Below, piece by piece: positions 40,313-52,465 of a stretch of 64,000 bases of DNA. Below the pieces are notes generated by a model. It was not told the DNA's origin, did not search any database, and worked only from the letters and a program-made list of their open reading frames with translations. The translations under genes and the position numbers were made by a program. The stretch is from Octopus sinensis (taxonomy: Eukaryota): the NCBI RefSeq assembly GCF_006345805.1, contig NC_043010.1, positions 5,456,001 to 5,520,000 of the forward strand, in the 5' to 3' direction. The first letter of the stretch is position 1; the number at the start of each line of letters is the position of its first letter.

Positions 40313-40882
40313 CAAAACGCCCCACCCCCGTCCAATGGACGGTGCTGAGTCAAACATTTAAACCAAATTTTCTCAAAACAACTTGTCCGACCGTCCCATA
40401 GGCCTCCCCTTTGAGAAACACTGATTTAACCTAAATTTGAGACACCAGCAAAAGAAGAAATAAAGATAGACTTTTTTTCTATTCCAAAGAAAAACGATTT
40501 TATTCATGCAAATATGCAACCGAAGAGTTTAAAGTACCAGTAATGATAAGGCTGTTGACTGGGAAAATGCAAACATAGTTTAAACAGTAAGCTTGGCAGG
40601 AAAGAAAAGTGCCTTTAAGCAATACAAAAACAACAAAAAATGGAAAGTGCAGTTATGTACAGGTTGACGGAAGAAAAGCAGAACAAAAACAGCTTTATCA
40701 ATCGCATTCTCGCCTGGAATCGATTTTTGTAATTTTTTGAAGACTTATACATGCCCTAATACCACCAGTATCTACATATCAAATTTGAGCGCAATCAGAT
40801 GGAGGATGCCCGAGATCCTAGAAGACACACACACAGACAGACAGAACGGATTTTATATAATAGATATAATATATATATATAT

Positions 40883-40922
<40 letters not shown>

Positions 40923-40929
40923 ATATATA

Positions 40930-40982
<53 letters not shown>

Positions 40983-41203
40983 ATATATACACTAAATAAT
41001 TAGGGTTCAGCAAAGATTTGCTTTACCACATACCGAAGTTTAGAAATAGCACCCAAAAAACGTTAGCTATTTCTTCTACTTTAAAAAGGGACTCCCAGAA
41101 AAACCAAAATATTGAAAACAATCCACACAGGCAGAGAGGAAGAAGTAACGAAAATCAATCAATATCTGGTCTCTTAATTAATTAATTTTACCCTTTGTTA
41201 TTA

Positions 41204-41234
<31 letters not shown>

Positions 41235-41292
41235 ATATCATGGAATAATTACCATGAAGCATTGTGTAGAATATATTGTATTAAAATATGGT

Positions 41293-41619
41293 GGGTAAGG
41301 CCAAAACAATGCGAAGTAAATGCAAGGTAAATCACAAGAAAACAAATATGTGAATTAATATAGACTTACCTTGTATTCAATATTTTGGGGTTATGACCCC
41401 ATTTTCAGGAAATTGATGAATGTAGCCAATCTGCATGTGTGTGAGAGCGTGGGTGGACTCCACGTGCTCACACACATGCAGATTGGCAACATTCATCAAT
41501 TTCTTGAAAATGGGGTCATAACCCCAAAATATTGAATACAAGGTAAGTCTACATTAATTCACATATTTGTTTTTTTGTGATTTACCTAGCATTTACTTCA
41601 CATTGTTTTGCCCTTACTC
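41293..41619. mobile_element. Foldback MITE with near-complete palindrome
   Basis: Arms of about 155 bp around a short spacer; atggt direct repeat at 41288-41292 and 41620-41624. Confidence 0.75.
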
Positions 41620-42415
41620 ATGGTCTTTTAATACAATATATTGAAAGAGCAGAAGAAGTAAAAGGTGTATGTACGTGTATATAAAATGAATGTCTGTGTG
41701 TGTTTGCATGTGTGTGTATGTGTATGTGAGGGAGAGAGAGAGTGAATGTGTATGCTGTCGTGTATGTGTTTTTTGCATGCATGTGTAAATGGCAATCGCT
41801 CTCTCTTTCTCTCTCTCTCCCTCTCTCACTCACACACACATACATTATCTTTCATATACACATACATAAATACAAATGTATACATCTTCTGAATGGTGAG
41901 GAATCCTACATTGGGAGTGGTAACGACTAGGGTAGGGTAACTCACTGCTTATTGTGATCATTCGTCTTTTGGTTTCCTGTAGCTTTGCTCTCTTTTACAA
42001 ACCCAGTGAACATATATTTCCTATTTCAAAGAAATTCAAACAATAGATATAAGACCCAAATTAAAAAGATTCTCAGCAATTCAACTTCTCTGGTTGACAT
42101 TAAGATGCCCACCCCCAACAGGGGCCTTGACTCTCACATTTTAGAGCTCCATGAGCTTCATTTTTCAGGAGTAAAATCTTTTTAACAGGTTCAATTAGAC
42201 TGAAATTTTGGAATATGCGCATAAAAATCAGTAGTATGGGATACATGTGGCACGATTAAAATTTTTTTTAGGGTGTGTAAAGAGTGAAATAACCCTCATC
42301 AGCAATTTTGATAAAATTCGAAACATAGATATTCCAGTTCATTACAGAAAATATAACAGAAAAGTCTAATTCTTCAATTGCATGTAACATGGGCAACACC
42401 GGGTATCTCTGCTAG

Positions 42416-42461
<46 letters not shown>

Positions 42462-42609
42462 TATATATTATATATAGAGGGCATTATACATACATGCCAG
42501 AGGGCATTATACATACATGCCACCGCTAAGAGGGACATTAGTCATTTCTACCAAAAATATTACTAATCCCACCGAATGCAATTTTTCAAAGTAAGACATT
42601 TAAAAATAT

Positions 42610-42657
42610 AGACCTGTATCACAGTGATTTCATACTTACGTAATCATCAGCAGGCCT
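42610..42657 (-). ncRNA. Inverted copy of hammerhead family c
   Basis: Reverse complement of 43084-43131 with one change (helix II UUAC/GUAU, giving a U-U mismatch at its base). Confidence 0.8.
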
Positions 42658-43083
42658 GAATGTATCATAAATAAACGACCCTGCCCCGCTTAAGCCGATC
42701 AGCTAACTGATCAACATCAACGAAGCACATGGGTGAGTTTACATATATTACATCCTGTAAATGGCATACTTTTACGAATTGCATAATGCCCTCTATATAT
42801 AAATTAATATGTTCAATAAGAAATAATTATTTTCGAAATTTATTCTCTTATGAGGTTTTCACACTATCTACCTGACAATTTCTTGTTAATTTTCCTTATT
42901 AAGTAGTTGTCCTTAATTGCTAAATTTTTATTCCGAAAAAACTTTTCCTTTCCCGAAATGCAATTCGTAAAAGTATGCCATTTACAGGATGTAATATATG
43001 TAAACTCACCCATGTGCTTCGTTGATGTTGATCAGTTAGCTGATCGGCTTAAGCGGGGCAGGGTCGTTTATTATGATACATTC

Positions 43084-43131
43084 AGGCCTGCTGATGAATA
43101 CGTAAGTATGAAATCACTGTGATACAGGTCT
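43084..43131 (+). ncRNA. Type I hammerhead ribozyme, canonical core (family c)
   Basis: AGGCCUG-CUGAUGA-AUAC(GUAA)GUAU-GAAA-UCAC(U)GUGAU-A/CAGGUCU: 7-bp helix I, GNRA-capped helix II, near-palindromic helix III. Predicted cut AUA after 43124. Confidence 0.88.
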
Positions 43132-43405
43132 ATATTTTTTAAATGTCTTACTTTGAAAAATTGCATTCGGTGGGATTAGTAATATTTTTGGTAGAAATGA
43201 CTAATTGTCCCTCTTAGCGTGTGGCATGTATGTATAATGCCCTCTGGCATGTATGTATAATGCCCTCTATATATAAATTAATATGTCAATAAGAAATAAT
43301 TATTTTCGAAATTTATTCTCTTATGAGGTTTTCACGCTATCTACCTGACATTTCTTGTTAAGTTTTCCTTATTAAGTAGTTGTCCTTAATTGCTAATATA
43401 TATAC

Positions 43406-43437
<32 letters not shown>

Positions 43438-43693
43438 TATCACACACACACACACACCCTTATACATACTAATACATACACCAACCCTATACATACACAC
43501 ATCCAGACCCCTCCCACGCACTTTTAGCTGGTCCCTCAACCCTTTTATCAACCCTATTATCTCCCCTTATTTCGCTCTCGCGTCTCATGTTTGATCTTTG
43601 ACCTCTGGCCGAAATCAGATCGCCATGTTGATTCGTTAGCTACTGCACGCATTTTTTTTCTCTCCTTCTTTCTGTGTTTTTTCTCTCTCTGTA

Positions 43694-43731
43694 TCTTTCT
43701 GTTGAAGAGCGTAGGCTCGAAACGTTAAAGA
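43694..43731 (+). ncRNA. Minimal hammerhead variant (family a, CUGUUGA core) in a Penelope-like remnant spanning about 43500-43828
   Basis: UCUUU-CUGUUGA-A-GAGC(GUAG)GCUC-GAAACGU-U/AAAGA: 5-bp helix I and palindromic helix III. Confidence 0.65.
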
Positions 43732-44640
43732 CTTGTTTTATTTATATTTCCTGAGCGCATACTAATACAATTGTTCGTTTGTTTTCCACCTGCCTTCGTC
43801 TTTTGTTTTTTCATAAGCTTCCCGTTATATATATATATATATATACATATGTATATATATATATGTATATATATATAATATATATATTATATAGTATAAT
43901 ATATAGATGCATGTATGTATATACATATTGTTAGCTTTTTTAACGTGTGTTCTATAATAAAGATGTAAATTTTTCAATACATATCTTTTGTTATAGGCTC
44001 TGGTTGGGTGTAAAGTTAGGGAATTTCCAGAGAAACACCAAACCTAAAAACTGGGCTGTCGACACTGTTTGGTTCTAACCCAAAGCTGGAATTCCTCAGG
44101 TATAAGCCAAAAAACAACGTCTGGAAGGTGTACAATGTGACAGCAAGTCTGAAGAAGTGCCTCTTTAACTTCTAAAACTGCAAATATTACGTAAATTTTC
44201 ATTTTGAATTTTTGTGTAAATTGGTTTTGCAAATAAAGTTGGTACAGAAACAATTCTAGCAAATCATTAATGATGTGTCAAAGAATTTTCTTTCTTTTCT
44301 CCTTATCATTTGGATTATTAACTCTTTCATTTTATATATATCATCATCATCATCATCATCATCGTTTAGCATCTGCTTTCCATGCTACTATGGGTTGGAC
44401 GGTTCAACTGGGGTCTGGGAAGCCAGAAGGCTGCACCAGGCCCAGTTTGATCTGGCAATGTTTCTACGGCTGGATGCCCTTCCTAACGCCAATCACTCCA
44501 TGAGTGTAGTGGGTGCTTTTTACGTGCCACCGGCACAGGTGCCAGACGAGTCTGGCAAACGGCCACGATCAGATGGTGCTTTTTATGTGCCACCGACACG
44601 GGGGCCAGGCGAGGCTGGCAACGGCCACAAATGGATGGTG

Positions 44641-44677
<37 letters not shown>

Positions 44678-45745
44678 ATCATAAACTTGCTTCACCTAAT
44701 TTAAGCAAGTAAGCTAGTTTGTTGAAATGTTATAGCTGTTTTTTAATATGGTGCATAATGTTGTGTGTATATTATACATTCATAAGTGGATACATGTTTA
44801 GCCCTTCTGGGATTTAGCATGAACACAATATTATAAATGCCTCACTGAGCTATATACAATATACAACTATAAACAAATCTATTAAGCTCACTATAGAAAT
44901 ATAAAAATATGTATGATTCCTACTGAAAAGAGGGAGATCTATATAATGCTAAAGAAATGAGTTATCCAAAAATATACTGGTCCAGTGGGCACACTATGGT
45001 TAAAAGCTACATTCCAAATATGCTGTGTGGTTTTATGTATCTTGAATTACATGTATTGTGTAATAAGTTAGTAGAATATACATAAAGTGTATTCTGTTGA
45101 TCTAATACTGAACGAATTGCAGTTTTACAGGCCATAAAAAGGTGTGATAATGGCTGCAATTAAAGCATCAGAGATATGTCTGTTTTCTCAAACAAGTATC
45201 CCTAAGGAAAAAGAGAATATTAGTTTCAATCTTATCAAGAATTTTCTGTAAGAACGGCAAAGAAGCTATTCCAAGAACTAGTCCATGTCATTCCCAACAG
45301 GATCAAGCTGTTGGTTTATACAGAATAGTTTTATTGGTGATCAGATCGTTGCCACACTATCTGACTTTATAGACACAGCTTTAATTTCTTTGGATGTGTT
45401 TCTAACAATGGGAAAGCAAGGAATCGTTCGCAAATGAAAACCTGAGATAGTTGTGGTGGAAAGATTAAGGCAAAGAGAAGGTACTAAAAAAAAAAAAAAA
45501 TGACAGGGATATTGCTGCTGTTTGTATTTCGGTGTATGGTTTTAAATGGTTGAATAGAGTGGAAGTGGATAAGATATTATTTCGATGAAAATTTTTTTTT
45601 GTTTATAAATAATAATGTTAAAAAGAATAAAGAAAGAATTTAGCTCTTTCAGTTTGCAAATAATATTCATTAGATCATCACCATCGCTATCACACCATCA
45701 CCACCACCAGCACCACCACCACCAGCACCCCCACCACCACCACCG

Positions 45746-45783
<38 letters not shown>

Positions 45784-46937
45784 GTTGTTGGTGTGGTTGT
45801 CGCTGTCATCATCACTGATGCAAGAGTGATTAGAAAAAAGACAAGTAAACCCTCGTGGGAATAAAATAATATTCTTCTTATTTACTACCTTAATATTTAC
45901 TTCTCCAGCCTGCATTATTAAGAATTCTTAATAAACTTTTCCTTAAGTTCTGCTAAAATGTGAATACATACACACACACATGCACACCCTCATATATACA
46001 TGTATGTGTATGTATATATATATTTATATATATTTATTTATATGTATGTATATACATGCATAAGTGCAGGCATGGCTGTGGGGTGAGACTTGTGCTTCCC
46101 TTCCCAACCACATAGTTCCAAGTTCAATCCCACCACATGGAACCTTGGGCATGTGACTTCTACTATAGCCTTGTGGATGGATTTGGTAGGCAGAGACTGA
46201 AGGATGCCTCTCAGGTGTGTGTCAGTATGTGTCTGTGTGCTTGTGTATGTGTGTGTGTGTGTGTGTGTGTTTGTCCCATACAACTACTTCACAATTGTTG
46301 TTGGTGTGTTTACATCCCTATAACTTAACAGTCCAGCAAAAGAGACTGTTAAAATAAGTACCAGGCTTTTAAAACAAGTAAGTGCTGGGGCCAATTCGTT
46401 CAACAAAATATTCTTCAAAGTAGTGCCCCAACATGGCCGCAGTTTTATGACTGGAACAAGTAAAAGATAAAAAGATAACATTAGTATTCTGTGTCATGAT
46501 TTTTATATGTGTGTGCACATAATTGTATTCTGTTTATATTTGTATGTGTATCTGTGTCTGCATTTGTGCATGTGTGTGAGTGTATGTGTGTATGTGTGTG
46601 TGTGTGTGCAAAAGTAGTAATAGCATGGAAAATGATGGTGATGATGATATATGAGGGGGTGTACACAAACGTATACACCCACACACACATGCGCACATTA
46701 ACCTTTGCTCTTCGATGACCATATTTCTGGTGAAATGTACTACTTATACAATCCTAATCTCAAACTTAATGAGGAGGTTGTTTTTATAACAGAGAATACT
46801 GCATTATTTACCTCAAGAGAAACTCACATAAGGGCTCATGGTACATAACAAGCACTCAAAATTATATCATTGACAGACAAGAATCATCTGCTGTGGCTGC
46901 TGGAACTACCAGTGCCTGAATACACACTGAAATTCTA

Positions 46938-47477
46938 CTGGGTTGTCCAGAAAGTTCGTGCCGATTTTTGAAGGAAAGAAAAAGGTCAATAAATACTTGC
47001 CATTACATTTTTAATCAACCAAATATGAACAATTTTGTTGTACAATGCGTCTCCATCTTTAGAATTGAGGGGGTTTTCCTGGCAAAGAATTCATCAAGGT
47101 ATCTTTTTACATCATCCAAGGAATTGAAATTTTTACCATTAAGACTATTCTGCAGAGACCTGAATAAGTGGAAATCCGAAGGAGCAATATCTGGTGAATA
47201 TGGAGGGTGGGGTAACACATCCCAGCCGAGCTGCAGCAATTTTTGTCTGGTTGCCAAAGCATCAAGTGCCGAAAATGAACTTTCTTATCTTCCATTTTAA
47301 AGGGTTACAGAATTAACACAGGTTATAGGAACATAAACCTTCTTCCACGAAAAGATAGCTTAAACTGTGCTCTAAATGGAGGTGTAATAAAATCCTATTT
47401 TATGGACTCAACCATGTTCTAAAATAAGTTGAAATGTAAGCTACTATAAATCGACACGAACTTTCCGGACAACCCAA
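46938..47477 (-). mobile_element. Internally deleted mariner element
   Basis: ORF 47015..47257(-) contains HPPYSPDIAPSDFHLFRSLQNSL. 30-bp TIRs (c/t)tgggttgtcc(a/g)gaaagttcgtg(c/t)cgattt and a TA TSD. Confidence 0.92.
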
Positions 47478-47783
47478 TACATATTGTTGATAGAATAATT
47501 CAGCTGTTATTGCACTGTTGGACATCTGTCACTGAGGAATCCATTGTAGGGGGAAATCCCATGATCTGGTGGTTAAGGCAGCCATAGCAGACAATTCCTA
47601 TCTGTCAATGATATAATGATGAGTGCGTTTATGTACCACAAGTACTTACGAGAGCTTCTCTCTAGTTTTCTGTGTTCTAACACAACCTCCATATTAAATT
47701 TGATATCAAGATTACCTTTTCACATTAATACCACTTCTGTCACAATTATACACTACCTACATATTTCATTTAAATTTAATCAT

Positions 47784-48307
47784 GTGCTGGTGCGTGGCTT
47801 AGTGGCTAGGGTCTCAGCACCATGATCGTAAGATTGTGGTTTCAATTCTTTGACCATGCGATGCGTTGTGTTCTTGAGCAAAACACTTCATTTCACATTG
47901 CTCCATTCCACTCAGCTGGCAAAAATGAGTAATGCTGCAATGGACTGGCGTCCCATCCAGCTGGAGAACACATATGCCACTGAAACTGGGAAACTGGGCC
48001 CGTGAGCCTGGCTAGGCTTTAAAAGGGCACATTTATTATTAAGTGGAGGTGCGTGGCTTAGTGGTTAGGGTTTTAGCATCATGATCGCAAGATTGTGGTT
48101 TCGATTCCTGGACCGGGTGACGCATTGTGTTCTTGAGCAAAACACTTCATTTCATGTTCCTCCAGTTCACTCAGCTGGCAAAAATGAGTAACGCTGCGAT
48201 GGACTGGCATCCCATCCAGCTGTGAGGAACACATACGCTATAGAAACCGGGAAACCATGCCCATGAGCCTGGCTAGGCTTTAAAAGGGTGCATTTATTTT
48301 TTTTTTA
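47784..48307 (+). mobile_element. Tandem pair of family B SINEs inside one 13-bp TSD; other B-type copies at 28780-28930(-) and 6790-7030(+)
   Basis: Heads ggtgcgtggcttagtgg at about 47789 and 48047; taaatttaatcat at 47771-47783 and 48308-48320. Confidence 0.85.
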
Positions 48308-48874
48308 TAAATTTAATCATAATGAAGAATTTGAAAGAATTTATTTAAATAACTAAACTTTTCATAATTAACCTGGTGTTTGAATTATAATTGAATTAAA
48401 CATTCATATATAAAATTATGATGGAAGGTTTTAATTTAAATTAAAAAAAAAAGCAAGCAGTTCTGTATCAAAGAACCAAATGTAGACTCAGGCACATTGG
48501 AATCAAAATGGTTAAAGTTGGAATAGGAGTGGGGCATTGTGTTTTTTCCTCACACAAAATTAGTTTAAAATGACATGGTTGTGAGTAAGAGGTTACCTAA
48601 AAGGGCGTGTGTATGGGGTCAAAATGTGGGACTACTAACTAAACAGTCAAGAGTTCAAATCCACCTACGATGATATGTTGTATCAACCCACGTTATCAAA
48701 TTACATTAATTAACTTGATTTGAAAAATAATTCATGTATAGTTGACAGCAACCAATAGGGAATTCAGCCCCTAACAATCCCTTTAATGTACACGCATACA
48801 AACATATACACACACACACACTCCTCTTTTATATGGTCAGGACATGCGTGTGTGTTTAAGATTGTGTTGAATCA

Positions 48875-48927
<53 letters not shown>

Positions 48928-48974
48928 ATATACATACATAAATGCATACACACACACATACTCATATATTTGGC

Positions 48975-49150
48975 AAATCAAAAATTAAAAACAACAAAAG
49001 TCAGGAGGACAGACACATTGACTGTATTAGGTTGACATTCAGTATAAAATATAAAAAAATGTTTCAGTATCAAATGTTTCAAGTATGACTTTTCATAAGA
49101 AAGAGGAGAGAGAAACAGTCCAGAAAGAAGGAAAAAGTTCAAGAAAAGTA
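48975..49150 (-). mobile_element. Diverged Penelope-like remnant with a decayed hammerhead (49104-49070)
   Basis: UCUUU-CUUAUGA-A-AAGU(CAU)ACUU-GAAACAU; the downstream tail resembles family a. Confidence 0.45.
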
Positions 49151-49224
49151 TGTGTGTGGTTACACACACACACACACACATATGTATATATATGTATATA
49201 TATATATATGTGTATATATATATA

Positions 49225-49273
<49 letters not shown>

Positions 49274-49386
49274 GTAAAATTAATCAGCCGAAATTGCAAG
49301 GATGATCCGGTTCTTGACTGAAGATTAAAGGCTTGTGTGTTTTTTGTATCATCTATTTGGATGTTTTGCGTTCTTGTCCTATTTTG

Positions 49387-49426
<40 letters not shown>

Positions 49427-49609
49427 TAAATAATTTTTTTAATTTCGACTTTAATTTAAATATTTAAATTTTAAATTTTATATTTTACATATTTTTTATT
49501 AATTAATTTTATTTCTAAGTATTGGTTTATGATTTTCACTGTTTGATTTGCCTAATAGTGGTTTTATCTCTAATTTAATATAATATATATATATACATAC
49601 ATACATATA

Positions 49610-49660
<51 letters not shown>

Positions 49661-49680
49661 TATACACACATACATACATA

Positions 49681-49893
49681 CAGAGTGGCCGAAAAGTAGG
49701 TTTACAGTTATCACATAGGCATTTTAAATTTCTTTTAAAACATTTTATTACATTTAAATTTCTCTCTTACAATTAACTAAATTAGCATAGAATAATGGTT
49801 TCATATTCTTTTATAATTAAGATCTAAACTGTTGATACATGAAAAGGAAAGAGATTAGTTGAATAACTGTAAACCTACTTTTGGGCCACCCTG
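49681..49893. mobile_element. Tc1/mariner-type MITE
   Basis: TIRs cagagtggccgaaaagtaggtttacagtt and aactgtaaacctacttttgggccaccctg, with TA on both sides. Confidence 0.85.
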
Positions 49894-50801
49894 TATGTGT
49901 GTGTGTGTGTATATGTTTTTGTGTGTGTGTGTGATAGATAAAAAGATATACAGATAGACAGATCGATGTGTAGGTGTTTGTGTTTGTGTACATCATGATA
50001 CATATTGCGATCTTGACATATGATTTAATCTTAGACATGAACTATGAATCATAGATATGCATAGTCAGGAAAACTATAATCCTAGATTATCTGGAAAAAT
50101 TTAATCCTTGATAATGCAGGCTTTATAATCTGCATCATCAAGGATTACAATTTTCTGAGATAGAGATCATTTGAAAAATTATATTTCTACATCCATGTTG
50201 TCAGAAAAATTATTAAACTTAATTACAGTCTTAAATAAACTGAGTCTGGTAAATTATAATCCTAAATATACCTGTTCTGTAGAAAGTTATAATCCTTGTA
50301 ATCCTAGTAACATATTGCAATCTTAGATACATATTATAATCCTAGATATATATAGTCTAGAATATTATAATCTTTAATGATATAGGTTATAATTCTAGAT
50401 ACAGATTCCTTAGGAAATTGTAACTCCAGATAAATACTGAAATTCAGGATCACATTATGGTCCTAGTCTAGAAAAACATGATCCTAGATACACATTGAAA
50501 AATTGTATTCCTAGATGTTGTTGTGCCTAATCATAGATTTTTATAGTCTGAAAAATTGTCACGGCAGTGCCCCACTCTGTACATTTAACAATCCTTAGAC
50601 ATGGATTGTCCGGAAAATTGTCATCCTAGATAGAATGTGTAATCTTACATAATTTTCCATAATCCAAGGTGCACAGTCTGGAAAATTATAGTCTAAGATA
50701 CATGTTATGAAGAAAATTGTAATCTTTGGTTATACATATTGAAATACTAGACATATATTGAAATCCCAAGTCTGATTATAATCCTAGTTACACATACTTA
50801 T

Positions 50802-50874
<73 letters not shown>

Positions 50875-50877
<3 letters not shown>

Positions 50878-51070
50878 TCCTGCACGCATTTTTTTTCTCT
50901 CCTTGTTTCTCTCCATGTTCATTTCTGTGTATCTTTCTGTTAAAGAGCGTAGGCTCGAAACGTAAAAGACCTGTTTTATTTATATTCCTGAATGCCATAC
51001 TAATACAATTGTTTGTTTGTACTCCACCTGCCTTCGTCTTTTGTTTATTTTCGTAAAGCTTCCCGTTTTC
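50875..51070 (+). mobile_element. Penelope-like remnant, family a (hammerhead motif 50932-50969, core decayed to CUGUUAA)
   Basis: High similarity to 43640-43828 over about 190 bp. Confidence 0.65.
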
Positions 51071-51078
51071 ATTCATCA

Positions 51079-51120
<42 letters not shown>

Positions 51121-51198
51121 TATACACTGAATTATAATTATAATCCTCTGTACACATTGAACTATATTTATAATCCAATACTACAAGGTGCTAAAAGT

Positions 51199-52465
51199 GG
51201 ATCTTGGTAGTTTTTATCACTGTTTACAATTTTGTTCCAGTTGTTTTCAAATTTGTTATATGGATTATGCTTTGTATACTAATTATGATAATGAAATACA
51301 TTTTCCCTATAAATCCATAACTAAAAAGTTATAGACGCAGGAGTGGCTGCGTAGTAAGTAGCTTGTTTACCAACCACATAGTTCCGGGTTCATTCCCACT
51401 GTGTGGGACCTTGGGCAAGTGCCTTCTACAATAGCCTCAGGCTGACCAATGCCTTGTGAGTGGATTTGCTAGACGGAAACTGAAAGAAGCCCGTCGTATA
51501 TATGTATGCATGTGTGTGTGTCTGTGTCTGTGTTTGTCCCCCCAACATTACTTGACAACCAATGGTGGTGTGTTTGCGTCCCTGTAACTTAGCAGTTCAG
51601 CAAAAGTGACCGATAGAATAAGTAATAGGCTTACAATGAATAAGTCCTAGGGTCGATTTGCTCGACTAAAGGGGGTACTCCAGCATGGCTGCAGTCAAAT
51701 GACTGAAACAAGTAAAAGAGTAGCCTTTAAAATTTGCAAAATTTGGGTATTTTAACCAATCAGAAGTATTTTACACATCACCGTGGCGAAAAACTTTGTT
51801 TCTATAGTAATCAAAGATGCTGCGTATGTGCACAAGGAAGAGTAAGATAATCTTCTACTATAATAATACTCTTGTATGTTTTCTCCGTTTTAACATATGA
51901 ATGGGAAAGGAAGCAGTGATAGATGAATAAGGAAGGAAGGGGTAATAGCAAACTGGTAGTAGGAGCATTTCAACTCTGTGTTAGTATATGTGTGTGTATG
52001 TAAAAGGAAGGTATGTGACTCTGTGTGTGTGTGTGTTGCAAAGTTTCATTCTTGAATTTTTGTAACTAATAAGTGCCTGTTTTAAACAAAGCTTTCACTG
52101 TTATTTCTAGCAACTCCTGTTGGTTTGTTTGTTCATAGCTTTTAAATATTTAATTTGCTCACGAATGTTTTATTGTTAACTTCATTCATGTATATTTTAA
52201 TGTTTTGACTGTTATTTCTAGCAATGTTTTGACATAGCGATCCCCCCCACCCCTGGTGATGGAAGGGGCAGTAAATGCGTTGTTTTCTGATTGGTTGAAA
52301 ATTCTGAAAATTAATAAACTTTGAACACCTATAACACTTTTGCAAAATTTTTTCTGGAATAAATGAATAACAAATTCGCATTCAGCATCAAAAATTACAA
52401 CTATATGATACATTAGAAAAATTTTTAAAGATAATTGTAAACAGTGATAAAAACTACAAAGATCC
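51199..52465. mobile_element. Non-autonomous DNA transposon with 33-bp TIRs and an 8-bp TSD-like flank; contains a SINE
   Basis: ggatcttggtagtttttatcactgtttacaatt and aattgtaaacagtgataaaaactacaaagatcc; flanks ctaaaagt and ctaaaggt (7/8 match). Confidence 0.7.

Larger units (their letters stand above)
42470..43396 (+). mobile_element. Non-coding Penelope-like/retrozyme-like element with inverted and tandem duplication
   Basis: Inverted arms of about 315 bp (42470-42784, 42958-43275) and direct repeats of about 140 bp (42783-42923, 43257-43396). Contains a hammerhead; flanked by (TA)n. Confidence 0.7.

Noticed and set aside
38805-42020. Candidate upstream exons of the minus-strand gene: 42020-41946 (75 nt, phase 2-2), a donor at 41033 preceded by IANVFWVLFLNF, and a TACTAAC-type acceptor at 38958
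   Set aside because: Each has some signal, but they are mutually inconsistent in phase, lack a clear partner site, or lie in repeat-like context. They cannot be assigned without transcripts.
44044-44262. 72-aa minus-strand ORF and nearby unique sequence at 45180-45480
   Set aside because: No coherent acceptor/donor pair with an open frame, and no recognisable homology.
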